From assembly GCA_963742975.1 (NCBI GenBank), contig CAVUNZ010000025.1, positions 20,230 through 84,229 on the forward strand: DNA of 64,000 nucleotides. Direction: 5' to 3'. The translations under genes and the position numbers were made by a program. The stretch's first letter is position 1. Every line of letters starts with the position of its first letter. Below are positions 51,738-61,404 of this stretch, piece by piece. The stretch is from an uncultured Alphaproteobacteria bacterium. GTDB taxonomy: Bacteria > Pseudomonadota > Alphaproteobacteria > Rhizobiales > Xanthobacteraceae. Below the pieces are notes generated by a model that was given only the letters and a program-made list of their open reading frames with translations, had not been told where the DNA came from and ran no database searches.

Positions 51738-53342
51738 TCACGGCATTTCAGACGACGGATCGGGATCGTCTTGCGCGGGGCCGAAAATAAGCGCGAGCAG
51801 GTCGCCGAACGTCCAACCCGATGTTTGATTTCCGTTATCGCCGCTGAGCTTCGGTAGCGTCGCCGCGGCGGTCTGGCTCTGCACCGGCTTGCCGCTGCCG
51901 ATGTCTTCATCAATGCGTTCGATCATATACGGGAAGAACGGATTGGAAGACGCACGGAGCAATGAGTCCAGGCTTGCGATCAGTACGTTGCGCTCGCCGC
52001 GCGGCGCCAAGGCGCCGAGATTGATGCCGAAACTTTCATTCGGATCCGGTGTCAGCCCGTAAAGGGAATCGCTCATCGGAAATGGCAGGGCGACGTGCGA
52101 GAGCGAATACAGGCCCGCCGGATAATACACGCCCAAAGCACGATCATGCTCGCTCGTCTCGCCCGCCGCGATGGTGCGCTCGACTTCCTCGCCGCTTGGC
52201 ACGCCGGCATTGGTGATGACTGTCGTGCGATAATTTCGTGCGCGTTGCGGCAGCAACTGGGCCAGTTTGGTGTCCGCGCTCGGGCGTAGCAGCGCGCCGA
52301 ATTTGACCGTCCGGTTCACGTCGAACAGGACGAGTTCGCTGCCGTTTTCGGGAAGACGATCGTACAATGCCGAAACAATCGCGCTTGTGCTGACCGTGAA
52401 GTCCATGACGGATTGGAAGGTGATGATCGGTGGCAGCCGCGCCAGTTCGCTGCTGCGGCTATATTGCGCGACTTCCTGCTGCAGGACTTGCGTCAGCCGG
52501 TAGGATTGAACGGCGCCGTTGACCGGAAACGAGTTGTATTTGAACGGATTGAACTCCGGCACCACGCTGAGCCAAGCCGCTTTGGCGAAGGGCGGAAACA
52601 AAGCCGGCAGACTGGCGAGCCCGGCAAAGCGCGCGAAGCGGGTGATGCCGATCATCGGCGAGATCAGAACAAGACGATCCGGCGGAGCGAGCTTTGGATC
52701 GGCAATCGCGTCCAGTGCATATTTGAGCGCGAGCGCGCCACCATTGGAAAATCCGACCAGATGCAACGGCGCCGAGGGCGCGATCCGCCGCCGTGCTTCG
52801 CGCACGGCAAGCCGCGTCGCCGCCATCCAGTCCTGCCAATCGACCTCGGCCAATCCGGCCGGCACCGTGCCGTGACCGGGAAGCCTGATCACGATCGCAA
52901 CAAAGCCGTGGTCGCGATAGCTTTCCGCAATATGACGCTGGCTATAAGGCGAGTCGGTCAGGCCGTGCAGCAAGACGACTGCCCCGACCGGAGTGCCGTT
53001 CGGTTCGAGCACATAGGAACGATTGAAGTCTTGCGAAAAATGGCCCGGGTAAACCGGGCTGCCGGCGAAATACCGGTTCATCGGCGCGCGATCTTGCGGG
53101 TCGAGCTTGTCCGTCACCTCGGCGCGGACGGCGGCAAAAATCTTGGCTTCCTCGGTCAGATACCGGTTCCAGTCGGCGGCATCGAGTTCCGCGACGCTCA
53201 GTTCATGCGGAACATAAGTGTGCCACCGCGACAGCGCGGGGCCGCGCTGCGAGACATAGATCCGGATAGCAAAAAACCCGATCGCTACGACCGCGAGCAG
53301 GAGCACCATCCGCCTTATCGCCCTGACGATCTTGGTCCGCAT
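51738..53342 (-). CDS. membrane-anchored alpha/beta hydrolase
   Basis: N-terminal TM segment, LLHGLTDSP, and the nucleophile elbow GFSNGG; 534 aa. Confidence 0.7.
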   Translation of the reverse strand: MRTKIVRAIRRMVLLLAVVAIGFFAIRIYVSQRGPALSRWHTYVPHELSVAELDAADWNRYLTEEAKIFAAVRAEVTDKLDPQDRAPMNRYFAGSPVYPGHFSQDFNRSYVLEPNGTPVGAVVLLHGLTDSPYSQRHIAESYRDHGFVAIVIRLPGHGTVPAGLAEVDWQDWMAATRLAVREARRRIAPSAPLHLVGFSNGGALALKYALDAIADPKLAPPDRLVLISPMIGITRFARFAGLASLPALFPPFAKAAWLSVVPEFNPFKYNSFPVNGAVQSYRLTQVLQQEVAQYSRSSELARLPPIITFQSVMDFTVSTSAIVSALYDRLPENGSELVLFDVNRTVKFGALLRPSADTKLAQLLPQRARNYRTTVITNAGVPSGEEVERTIAAGETSEHDRALGVYYPAGLYSLSHVALPFPMSDSLYGLTPDPNESFGINLGALAPRGERNVLIASLDSLLRASSNPFFPYMIERIDEDIGSGKPVQSQTAAATLPKLSGDNGNQTSGWTFGDLLALIFGPAQDDPDPSSEMP

Positions 53343-53353
53343 GGAAGCTGCGC

Positions 53354-53554
53354 CTATTGTGGCGCCGGACCGTCATGGCAGGCGCGCGGCGCCGACCAAT
53401 TTGGCACGTCGCATTTCGAGCAGGCGCTGAGCGCGAGACCAAGGCTCATGACGACACAGATCATCGCGACGCCGCGCAAACCGCGTTGCGCCACGATCCG
53501 CTGGCCGCGGCGAAACAAAACGCCGCCGTGGGACGTTCTTCCCGACTTCAACAT
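53354..53554 (-). CDS. possible small lipoprotein
   Basis: Positively charged N-region, hydrophobic core and lipobox LALSAC. Short ORF; weak call. Confidence 0.3.
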   Translation of the reverse strand: MLKSGRTSHGGVLFRRGQRIVAQRGLRGVAMICVVMSLGLALSACSKCDVPNWSAPRACHDGPAPQ

Positions 53555-53758
53555 CGACCGGTGATCCGTTCGCCGACGTGTCGCCCGCTTAGGCTATGTT
53601 ATCGCGTCTGGCGGCAAACCGCGAGCCATGCACAACGCTGCCGAATGAGCGAGTATGGCTACGGAATTTCCACTATCTTACCGGCGGCGACCGTCTAGAC
53701 GCATGACCTTCTCGGGATCATGCGCGCATCCGCAAAAGCTCGATCAGGAGGAAACGAC

Positions 53759-54163
53759 ATGGACATTCACGCATGCGGCTCGCGGCCCTCGCGCCGCGGC
53801 CCGGCCGACAGTTTCACCGGCATCGTTTGGCAGGAGCCGATCATCGAAGCGCCCGCTCCGGCGCTGCTGCGCTCGGGCCTGGTGCGTTTCGAGCCGGGCG
53901 CGCGCACGGCCTGGCATACTCATCCGCTCGGCCAAACATTATTTGTCGTCTCCGGCAAGGGCCGGGTGCAGACCTGGGGCGGCAAAGTGCGCGAGATCCG
54001 TGCCGGCGATGTGGTCTGGATTCCGCCGCACGAGAAGCATTGGCACGGTGCAGCACCGGAAACCAACATGGTTCACGTCGCGATGCAGGAAGCCCTCGAC
54101 GGCAAACATGTCGAATGGCTGGAGCATGTCACCGACGAGCAATACAAAATGCCCGTGGGCTAG
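53759..54163 (+). CDS. cupin domain protein
   Basis: ATG follows AGGAGG. Cupin motifs ..WHTHPLGQTLFVVSG.. and GDVVWIPPHEKHWHGA. Confidence 0.7.
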   Translation: MDIHACGSRPSRRGPADSFTGIVWQEPIIEAPAPALLRSGLVRFEPGARTAWHTHPLGQTLFVVSGKGRVQTWGGKVREIRAGDVVWIPPHEKHWHGAAPETNMVHVAMQEALDGKHVEWLEHVTDEQYKMPVG

Positions 54164-54165
54164 CC

Positions 54166-54882
54166 ATGCGCTACGAACTTTATTATTGGCCGAGCATCCA
54201 GGGTCGCGGCGAGTTCATCCGCCTCGCGCTCGAAGAGGCCGGCGCCGACTATGTCGACGTTGCGCGCGGCAAGGGCAAAAGCGGCCCGGCGGCGATGCAG
54301 AAAATCATCGACGGCAAAGGCGTCAAATATCCGCCTTACGCGCCGCCATTCCTCAAAGTCGGCAAGCTCGTCATCGCGCAGACCGCCGAGATCCTGTTCT
54401 ATCTCGGACCGCGGCTTAATCTCGCGCCGCGCGACGAGGCCGGGCGGCTGTGGGCGCATCAATTGCAGCTCACGATCACCGATCTCGTTGTGCGCATCCA
54501 CGACACCCATCATCCGGTGTCGGGCTGGCTCTATTACGAGGAGCAGAAGCCGGCGGCGCTCAAGCGCACCCAGGATTTCTGGCGCTACCAGGTGCCGAAA
54601 ATGCTCGGCTATTTCGAGCGCGCGCTGGCGAAGAACGGCGGCAAATATAGTGTCGGCGGCAGGCTCAGCTATGTCGACCTGTCGCTGTTCCAGATCGTCG
54701 AAGGTCTGCGCTATGCCTTTCCCAAGCGGATGAAGCGCTTCGAAAAGAAAATTCCGGGCCTCGTCGCGCTGCACGACCGGGTGGCACAGCGTCCACGCAT
54801 CAAGGCCTATCTCGCCTCAGAGCGCCGTATCCCGTTCAGCCAGTGGGGCATCTATCGCTACTTCAAAGAGCTTGACGCCTGA
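54166..54882 (+). CDS. glutathione S-transferase family protein
   Basis: 238 aa. N-terminal thioredoxin-like region MRYELYYWPSIQGRGEFIRLALE and a helical C-domain. Confidence 0.6.
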   Translation: MRYELYYWPSIQGRGEFIRLALEEAGADYVDVARGKGKSGPAAMQKIIDGKGVKYPPYAPPFLKVGKLVIAQTAEILFYLGPRLNLAPRDEAGRLWAHQLQLTITDLVVRIHDTHHPVSGWLYYEEQKPAALKRTQDFWRYQVPKMLGYFERALAKNGGKYSVGGRLSYVDLSLFQIVEGLRYAFPKRMKRFEKKIPGLVALHDRVAQRPRIKAYLASERRIPFSQWGIYRYFKELDA

Positions 54883-54972
54883 ATGCGATGGGCAGCGCAG
54901 CCTGCCGGAAATAGCAATCCAAGAGGCGGTAGGCTAAGCTTGCCGAAACAGGAGAGGGGACTAAGGGGGACA

Positions 54973-55368
54973 ATGTCGTACCTGGTACAGAATTTTGACC
55001 TCACCAACGAATTCAACATTCTGCGGCTGATCTGCGGGCTGTTCTTTATTCCGCATATCTACGCCAAATTTTTCGTGCCCGAGGCGCTCGGCTTCTTTAA
55101 AGCGGCCAAGCTTAATCCGCCGGCGGTATGGATGTATACGGCTTGCGTGATCGAGACCTTTCTCGCCATCGGCCTGATTTTCGCGATCCTGCCGTTCTAT
55201 GCCGGCGTCATCGGCTGCTTTCATCTGCTCTTCGCCGGCTATCAGGTGCACAAAGTGACCGAGGGCAAGTGGCTGTGGAATATCGGCGGCTGCGAATATT
55301 GCCTGTTCTGGGCGATCTGCTGCCTGATCGTGGCGATGCATTACCGCAGCGATATCGTGTTCTGGTGA
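54973..55368 (+). CDS. DoxX-like small membrane protein
   Basis: 131 aa with four predicted TM segments. The ATG follows AAGGGGGA. Confidence 0.45.
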   Translation: MSYLVQNFDLTNEFNILRLICGLFFIPHIYAKFFVPEALGFFKAAKLNPPAVWMYTACVIETFLAIGLIFAILPFYAGVIGCFHLLFAGYQVHKVTEGKWLWNIGGCEYCLFWAICCLIVAMHYRSDIVFW

Positions 55369-55400
55369 TCGCCGCCGGCGTTTGAAGGGAGCTTTCGCGT

Positions 55401-56423
55401 ATGATCAATGCAGCCATTGTCGGTCTCGGCTGGTGGGGCAAGACGCTGGTCGAGGCGGCCGAGAAGAGCGATGTCATCCGCTTCATCTCGGGCACTACGC
55501 GCACCGTGACGCCGGACACGGAAGCCTTCGCCAAGAAATACGGGTTCAAGCTCGCGGCGAACTACGAGGCGGTGCTCGCCGATCCTGACATCGATGCCGT
55601 CGTTCTGGCGACGCCGCATTCCATGCACGGCGCGCAAGTGATCGCGGCCGCGGCGGCGAAGAAGCATATTTATTGCGAGAAGCCGTTCACGCTGACCAAG
55701 ACAGAGGCCGAAGACGCGGTCGCCGCCGTGAAGCACGCGGGCGTGACGCTCGCGCTCGGCTATAACCGCCGCATCCATCCGGAAATGATCAAGCTGCGCG
55801 AGATGGTCCGCAACGGCGATCTTGGCACCATCCTGCACATCGAAGCTACGATGACGTTTCCCAACGTGCTGTTCATCAATCCGGGCCATTGGCGCGCCGA
55901 CCCGCACGAGACGCCCTGCGGCGGGCTGATGCCGATGGGCGTGCATGCGGTCGACGGCATGATCGATCTGTGCGGGCCGATCGATCATGTCTTCACGCAA
56001 AGCTTCCGCCGCGCGGCGGCGATCGACGCTGACGACACGACTTCGATCCTGTTCCGCATGAAAGAGGGCATGTCGGGCTATCTCGGCACCATGACTACGA
56101 CCGGGCCGGGCTTCTCGTTCCAGGTCTTTGGCTCCAAAGGCTGGCTCCGCCTCGAAGGCGTCACCCATGTCGCGGGCGCCTCGTCGGACGAGCGCCGCAC
56201 CCGGCTGTTCGGCGCCTGCAAATTCCAGCCGGTCAAGGGCGAGCCCAAGACCTGGCAGGCCGAGACCATGGATATTTCGCGCGCCGCGCTCGAAGCCTTC
56301 GCCAAGGCGGCAGAAGGCGGCCCGGCTTATCCCATTCCCTACGATCAGATGATCCACGGCGTTGCCGTGACCGAAGCCATCATCCGCTCGGCGGGGTCGG
56401 AGAAAGTCGAACATATTAAGTGA
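55401..56423 (+). CDS. Gfo/Idh/MocA family oxidoreductase
   Basis: N-terminal Rossmann motif INAAIVGLGWWG.. and the ..EKP motif (YCEKPFTL). Confidence 0.85.
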   Translation: MINAAIVGLGWWGKTLVEAAEKSDVIRFISGTTRTVTPDTEAFAKKYGFKLAANYEAVLADPDIDAVVLATPHSMHGAQVIAAAAAKKHIYCEKPFTLTKTEAEDAVAAVKHAGVTLALGYNRRIHPEMIKLREMVRNGDLGTILHIEATMTFPNVLFINPGHWRADPHETPCGGLMPMGVHAVDGMIDLCGPIDHVFTQSFRRAAAIDADDTTSILFRMKEGMSGYLGTMTTTGPGFSFQVFGSKGWLRLEGVTHVAGASSDERRTRLFGACKFQPVKGEPKTWQAETMDISRAALEAFAKAAEGGPAYPIPYDQMIHGVAVTEAIIRSAGSEKVEHIK

Positions 56424-56607
56424 CAAGCACGCCGTCATCTTGATCGGGAGGGGGATCATTTTGCTGTGACGCGCGACACAGCTCTTCCAAGTTAGTCCGA
56501 TGTATCAGGGTGTTGTTGCGACTGGAGCGATGCGTTCCGTCGCGAAAGACCGGCACTATTGATTCGATCAATGACTTTCGTCGCGTGCGTCATTGGATGA
56601 AACGCCC

Positions 56608-57726
56608 ATGCTGCTGCAGCCAATCATGCAGGACGATTCCCGCTCGACCGCACTCGATCCCGATCTGCTCACCGCAGAAATCAGTCTATTGTTGGATTAT
56701 TTGTCAGGCCTGCCCGAACGGGTCCTGACCGGTCGGCCGCTCGGCCATCTGCCGGCGGGCAGTGCGACCTACGATGAGGCGCTGTCGCGCTATTTCCCGA
56801 TCGACGACAAAGTGCGCCGCGGCGAAAGCCTGCTGCCGGCCGATCTTCAGTTCTTGCTTGAGCTGCGTGATTTCCTCAACGGCCGGGCCGAGCCCGCCAC
56901 CGGAGCTTCGGTCGCATTCACCACGCTGGTGACCCGCAAATCGCCGGAAGCGCGCAAAGGCAAGGCGGACGCCGAGCGGGCTTATCCGGAGTGGGTGCCG
57001 ATGGCGCGTGCACTCAGCCGCACCATGATGGGGCTGTTGTGCCTGGCGGTTGTCATCACTTTGGCGATCGCAGCCCTCGCCGCCTACATCTATGTCGGCA
57101 ACGCCAAGCTCGCCAATCTCGCCGACATCAACGCGCAAATCAAAGCGCTCGACGAGGAGATATTTCGCGAACAGGCCGCGGTTCCAGCGAACAATGCCGT
57201 TTTGTACTACTGCGCCGATGTCGAGTCGGTGCCCAATCCAAGTAATCCCACGGAGATGGTGGAGCGTTTCCACACCGTCGCTCAGCTGCAACTTTGCGCC
57301 AGGTTGAACGATCTGCGCCGTAAGGAGGACTTGGCTTACGCCGGTCTGTCGCCCTGGTTCCCGAAAGACGATCGCGCTTTGCCCGCCGAGCTCGCTGTCG
57401 TCAGCGGCTATGCGCTGCCGGTGCTCATGGGACTTCTCGGCTCGATGACTTATGTGCTGCGGCGCTATTTGCGCAGCATCGGCGAGCGTCTCCTGACGCC
57501 CCGGGATTTGCGCGAATACATCGTGCGTCTCGTCCTCGGCACGGTCTTCGGCGTCGCGATCGGCTTTTTCACCAGCGCCAGCGGACAGACTTCCGAGCAG
57601 ATCGTCGTCGCTCCGGTCAGCGCGCTCGGCGCGCCGGCCCTCGCGTTCCTCGCGGGCTATGGTGTCGAAGCCGTGTTTCGATTGCTCGATGGGCTGGCGG
57701 ACCAGTTCTCGGCGGCGCGCAAGTGA
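56608..57726 (+). CDS. hypothetical membrane protein (N-terminal soluble region, TM, coiled coil, C-terminal TM bundle)
   Basis: Long clean ORF with no family recognised. The start could be TTG 56593 or ATG 56608. Confidence 0.5.
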   Translation: MLLQPIMQDDSRSTALDPDLLTAEISLLLDYLSGLPERVLTGRPLGHLPAGSATYDEALSRYFPIDDKVRRGESLLPADLQFLLELRDFLNGRAEPATGASVAFTTLVTRKSPEARKGKADAERAYPEWVPMARALSRTMMGLLCLAVVITLAIAALAAYIYVGNAKLANLADINAQIKALDEEIFREQAAVPANNAVLYYCADVESVPNPSNPTEMVERFHTVAQLQLCARLNDLRRKEDLAYAGLSPWFPKDDRALPAELAVVSGYALPVLMGLLGSMTYVLRRYLRSIGERLLTPRDLREYIVRLVLGTVFGVAIGFFTSASGQTSEQIVVAPVSALGAPALAFLAGYGVEAVFRLLDGLADQFSAARK

Positions 57727-58015
57727 CCCGCTAATGCTGAGCGAGGGTCGCGGCCTCGGCTAGCACCTTATGCGCTAGAGCGGATCGTATCCCGGCTTTT
57801 TGTAGATCGTGTCGGGCTTGCCGAGAATATCCGGCTTGTAGGACGCCCCTTTCAGCGCCGCATGCGGCTCCCTGCGCCCTATCGAGGGGCAGAAGAGCAA
57901 AGCCTTTCGCTGCCGGCGAAACTTGGCTATCCAGGTTGCCGACAACCGGCGCCGACGGCCGGGGTTGGGCCTCGCTTGTGGCCGGGGCATTAGAAACGGA
58001 ATCAGGAAACGCGAT

Positions 58016-59212
58016 ATGGATCTCGGTAACGGGCTTGGCCATCTGACCTATTCGACGCTGGTGCATCCGGCCGACAACTGGGAACAGCTTTACAATTCGC
58101 TCGTCACCTATCTGCCGAAAGTGAAGGCGCGGATCGCCGGCAACAAGGCGTTCGGCGTGTGCATCCGGCTGTCTGCAAGCTCGGCTGAAACGCTCGCCAA
58201 CAGCCCGGCGGAGCGTGCCAAGCTGAGAAAATTTCTCGATGACAACGATATGTACATCTACACAGCCAACGCCTTTGTCTACGGGCATTTCAAGGGTGAT
58301 AAGGTGAAGGAGCAGGTCTACGAGCCGGATTGGCGCGGCGAGGAGCGCACGCGATACACCATTAATGTCGCCAACGTGCTCGCCGACGTCTGCCCGGCCG
58401 GCATTGCGCCGTCGATCCAGAGTGCGCCGCTTGGTTTCAAACCGCGCGTGACCGGCGACGACGTGATCGCAAGCTATACCGAACACGTGCTGCGCGTGGT
58501 TGCGCATCTCATCGCGCTCGAAGACAAGACCGGACGCAGCGTGCAGCTCGCGCTCGAGCCGGAGCCGTATTGCTTTCTCGAGACCACCGACGAGACCGTC
58601 GCCTATTTTCGCGATCATCTTTATTCAGGTGCATCGGTCGAAAAGCTCGCCAAGCTCGCGCATGTACCGATCGCCGAAGCGAATGCAGCGCTGCGCCGCC
58701 ATGTCGGCATCGTGTACGACATCTGCCACCAAGCGGTCGAATACGAGAATATTTCGGAATCCTTGCAGAAGCTCGTGGACGGCGGCGTTCCGATCTTCAA
58801 GTTCCAGGAGGCCGCCGCGCTGCACATACCGGAAGTGACGCAGGACGTCGTCAATACGCTCAAGCGCTATGCCAAGACCATTTATCTGACGCAGACGATC
58901 CAGAAGAAGGACGGCAAGCTGACGAAGTTTCTCAACGTTGACGACGCCATCGCCGCGTTTGAGAAGGAGCCGGGGCCGCGGGAATGGCGTACCCACATCC
59001 ACGTGCCGGTGTTCCTCGACGATCTCGGGCAGTTCCGCACCACGCGCTTTGCCATCGAGGATGGCTTGCGTTTCCACAAGCAAAATCCGTTGTCGCGGCA
59101 TCTGGAGGTCGAGACCTATACCTGGGACGTGTTGCCCGAGAACCTCAAGAAGGGTGACATTGTCGATAACGTGTGCCGCGAACTCGAATGGGTGAAGGGG
59201 CAGCTGAGCTGA
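58016..59212 (+). CDS. xylose-isomerase-like TIM-barrel protein (EboE-like sugar phosphate isomerase/epimerase)
   Basis: ATG follows AGGAAA; 398 aa. N-terminal GHLTYSTLVHPADNW resembles the EboE family from memory. Confidence 0.45.
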   Translation: MDLGNGLGHLTYSTLVHPADNWEQLYNSLVTYLPKVKARIAGNKAFGVCIRLSASSAETLANSPAERAKLRKFLDDNDMYIYTANAFVYGHFKGDKVKEQVYEPDWRGEERTRYTINVANVLADVCPAGIAPSIQSAPLGFKPRVTGDDVIASYTEHVLRVVAHLIALEDKTGRSVQLALEPEPYCFLETTDETVAYFRDHLYSGASVEKLAKLAHVPIAEANAALRRHVGIVYDICHQAVEYENISESLQKLVDGGVPIFKFQEAAALHIPEVTQDVVNTLKRYAKTIYLTQTIQKKDGKLTKFLNVDDAIAAFEKEPGPREWRTHIHVPVFLDDLGQFRTTRFAIEDGLRFHKQNPLSRHLEVETYTWDVLPENLKKGDIVDNVCRELEWVKGQLS

Positions 59213-59245
59213 CAGCGTTCCAGCTGCGTCTGACAGGAGACACGC

Positions 59246-60128
59246 ATGAAAGTCGGATTCATCGGGCTGGGCCGCATGGGCTCGGCCATGGCGCGCCGCT
59301 TGATCGAGGCCGGTCACGAGGTCGGCGCTTACAACCGCACCGCCGAGAGATTGAAGAGTGTGATCGAACTCGGCGCCAAGCCGCTCGAACTCGATCAAGG
59401 CCGCGGCCAACTACGGCGAAGGGGTTTTCACGATGCTCGCCGACGACGCCGCGGTGACTGAGGTCGTGAACCAGGCCGGCGGCCTTTTAGCGTCGCTGCC
59501 CAAGGGCGGCATTCACATCTGCGCCGGCACGCACAGCGTCGCTTGCATCGGGGCGCTGAAGAAATTGCACGCCGATGCCGGGCAGATTTTGATCGCAACC
59601 CCGATGCTCGGCCGGCCGGAAGTCGTCGCTTCGGCGCAGGCCGGCATGGTGCTCGGCGGCGACAAGCCGAGTGTCGACCGCTGCCGGCCGCTGTTTGCCG
59701 CCATCGCGCGGCGCACCTTCGAGGCCGGCTCGGATCCGGTCGCCGCGGCGGCGATCAAGATCGCCAATAATTTCGTGCTCGGCTGCGCCATCGAGGCGAT
59801 GGGCGAGGGCTTTGCGCTCACACGCAAATATGATGTCGTCCCAGACGTATTCTATGACGTGATGACCGACGGGCTGTTCGCCTGTTCGGCCTATAAGATC
59901 TACGGCAAGCTGATCGCCGAGGAACGCTATCTTCCGGCGGGCCAGCGCGCGATTTTAGGATTGAAGGACGCCAATCTCGCGCTTGAAGCCGGCTGTGCGG
60001 TCGGCGTGCCGCTGCCTAGCGGCAATGTCTGGCGCGACCGGCTGGTCGGCGCGGTCGCGCATGGCGAGGCCGAGCACGACTGGGCGGTGATGGCCAAGGA
60101 TCAGGCGCGCGCGAGCGGATTGGCGTGA
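59246..60128 (+). pseudogene. 3-hydroxyisobutyrate/6-phosphogluconate dehydrogenase-family NAD(P) oxidoreductase, frame broken near 59385-59392
   Basis: MKVGFIGLGRMGSAMARRL..GAKPLE is in one frame, and SIKAAANYGEGVFTMLADDAAV... to the stop at 60128 is in the next. The span is 3n+1 nt. Confidence 0.7.
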
Positions 60129-60189
60129 CGCCTTAAGTGTGGCGCTGCCACCTTCCGCTCGCCCCCCGTGTGAGCGGGACCTATGCTGG

Positions 60190-60209
60190 ATTCCCGTTTT
60201 CGCGGGAAT
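60190..60209. repeat. GGATTCCCG...CGGGAATGA-type REP hairpin
   Basis: ATTCCCG-TTTTCG-CGGGAAT is the core of a repeat widespread in proteobacterial intergenic regions (recognised from memory). Confidence 0.5.
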
Positions 60210-60347
60210 GAACGCCTGAATGCGGTGTTCTAGCCGGGGCGTTGCAGCTCTCCCGTCACTAGGCTGGACCGGCAACGGTGACGGAACGACCAATATCCAA
60301 GACGCTTTGGCTGTCTTTCTACGCTTTCCGCCAATTTGGAGAACAGC

Positions 60348-61175
60348 ATGACCGACACCTCAACGTTGGCGGGTCACACTGGCTCGGACGCTCCCCAGCC
60401 CACGGAAGGCGGGAAGCTGCCGCCGTTCCTGTCGGCGGGCGGTCATGCGGGGCAGGTCGTCGAACGCGATTTTCGCCTCGGTCGCGTTCTTGCCCAGACT
60501 CTTTCGATCCTGCGGCGCCACGCGGCGCCGTTCTTGCTGCTCTACGTCATTGCCGCCTTGCTGCTCAATGTCCCGGTGACGTTCACGAACGACGATTCGT
60601 CCGCTGCGGACGTCGCCCTGGCCATGGGCATCTCGCAGGCCTTGTACATTGTGTTTAACGCTTTCGCCGGCGCCGCGGTGGTTGATGTCGTGATCGACGA
60701 CATGCGCGGCCGCCCAGTCGATATGAGCAAGGCCTTGCGTGTCGCGCTACGCCGGTTCTTTCCGGCTCTGGGCGCCACCATAGCCGTGGTCGGTCTGGCC
60801 ATTCTCGGCTTCGCCTTGATAATTGTCCCGGCTGCCATCTTCATTTCGATGTTCTTTGTCGTGGTGCCGGCTTGCGTGGTCGAAGGTCTTGGCCCGGTGC
60901 AAAGCATGCGGCGCAGCGCCGAGCTCACCAAGGGCTCTCGCTGGCGGATTTTCGCCCTTTGGTTTGCGATCTTGATGGCGGAAATCATTGTGCAAATGGA
61001 GCTTGACCAAGCGCTCAGGCCATTCGGCTATTTTGCTTTGATATTGGCTCCGCAGGTGCTCTGGGACATGGTGGTCGGCGCCTTCGCGGTGGTCGCGACA
61101 GCCGTGGCCTATCGTGATCTGCGCGTCGCCAAGGAAGGCGTCGACACCGATCAGGTCGCGACCGTGTTCGACTAG
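60348..61175 (+). CDS. polytopic membrane protein, paralogue A (C-terminal AYRDLRVAKEGVDTDQVATVFD)
   Basis: 275 aa with ATG behind TTGGAGAA. Collinear with the 61405-62160 protein. Confidence 0.55.
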   Translation: MTDTSTLAGHTGSDAPQPTEGGKLPPFLSAGGHAGQVVERDFRLGRVLAQTLSILRRHAAPFLLLYVIAALLLNVPVTFTNDDSSAADVALAMGISQALYIVFNAFAGAAVVDVVIDDMRGRPVDMSKALRVALRRFFPALGATIAVVGLAILGFALIIVPAAIFISMFFVVVPACVVEGLGPVQSMRRSAELTKGSRWRIFALWFAILMAEIIVQMELDQALRPFGYFALILAPQVLWDMVVGAFAVVATAVAYRDLRVAKEGVDTDQVATVFD

Positions 61176-61222
61176 AGCATGATCCGACAAGTGGGAACCG
61201 GTTTTCGGAAAAGATCGTGCTC
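61172..61222. repeat. short MITE/REP copy (inverted orientation) abutting stop codon of paralogue A
   Basis: CTAGAGCATGATCCGACAAGTGGGAACCGGTTTTCGGAAAAGATCGTGCTC. The TAG stop lies inside the element terminus. Confidence 0.75.
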
Positions 61223-61404
61223 GAGCCAAGATCTAGATAGGGCGGTCGCCGGGGCGCCACCCTGTGTTTTGATTGAAACAGCCGCGCCGGTGCATTGGTG
61301 CGGCTGTCATATGACGTTGCGCCGCGCATGATATTGATCCGCGATTGCGTGCTGCTAAGCTTGTGGCCTGACGGTTGTGCGCGTTGAGCCATTTGGAAAT
61401 AATC

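Noticed and set aside
55341-56459. 372-aa minus ORF
   Set aside because: Antisense to the Gfo/Idh/MocA oxidoreductase gene.
57775-57990. 71-aa minus ORF in the spacer before the EboE-like gene, with C-terminus ..YKPDILGKPDTIYKKPGYDPL
   Set aside because: The N-terminal two-thirds is Arg-rich GC-noise, there is no RBS, and no family is recognised. It may be a gene remnant but is not supportable.
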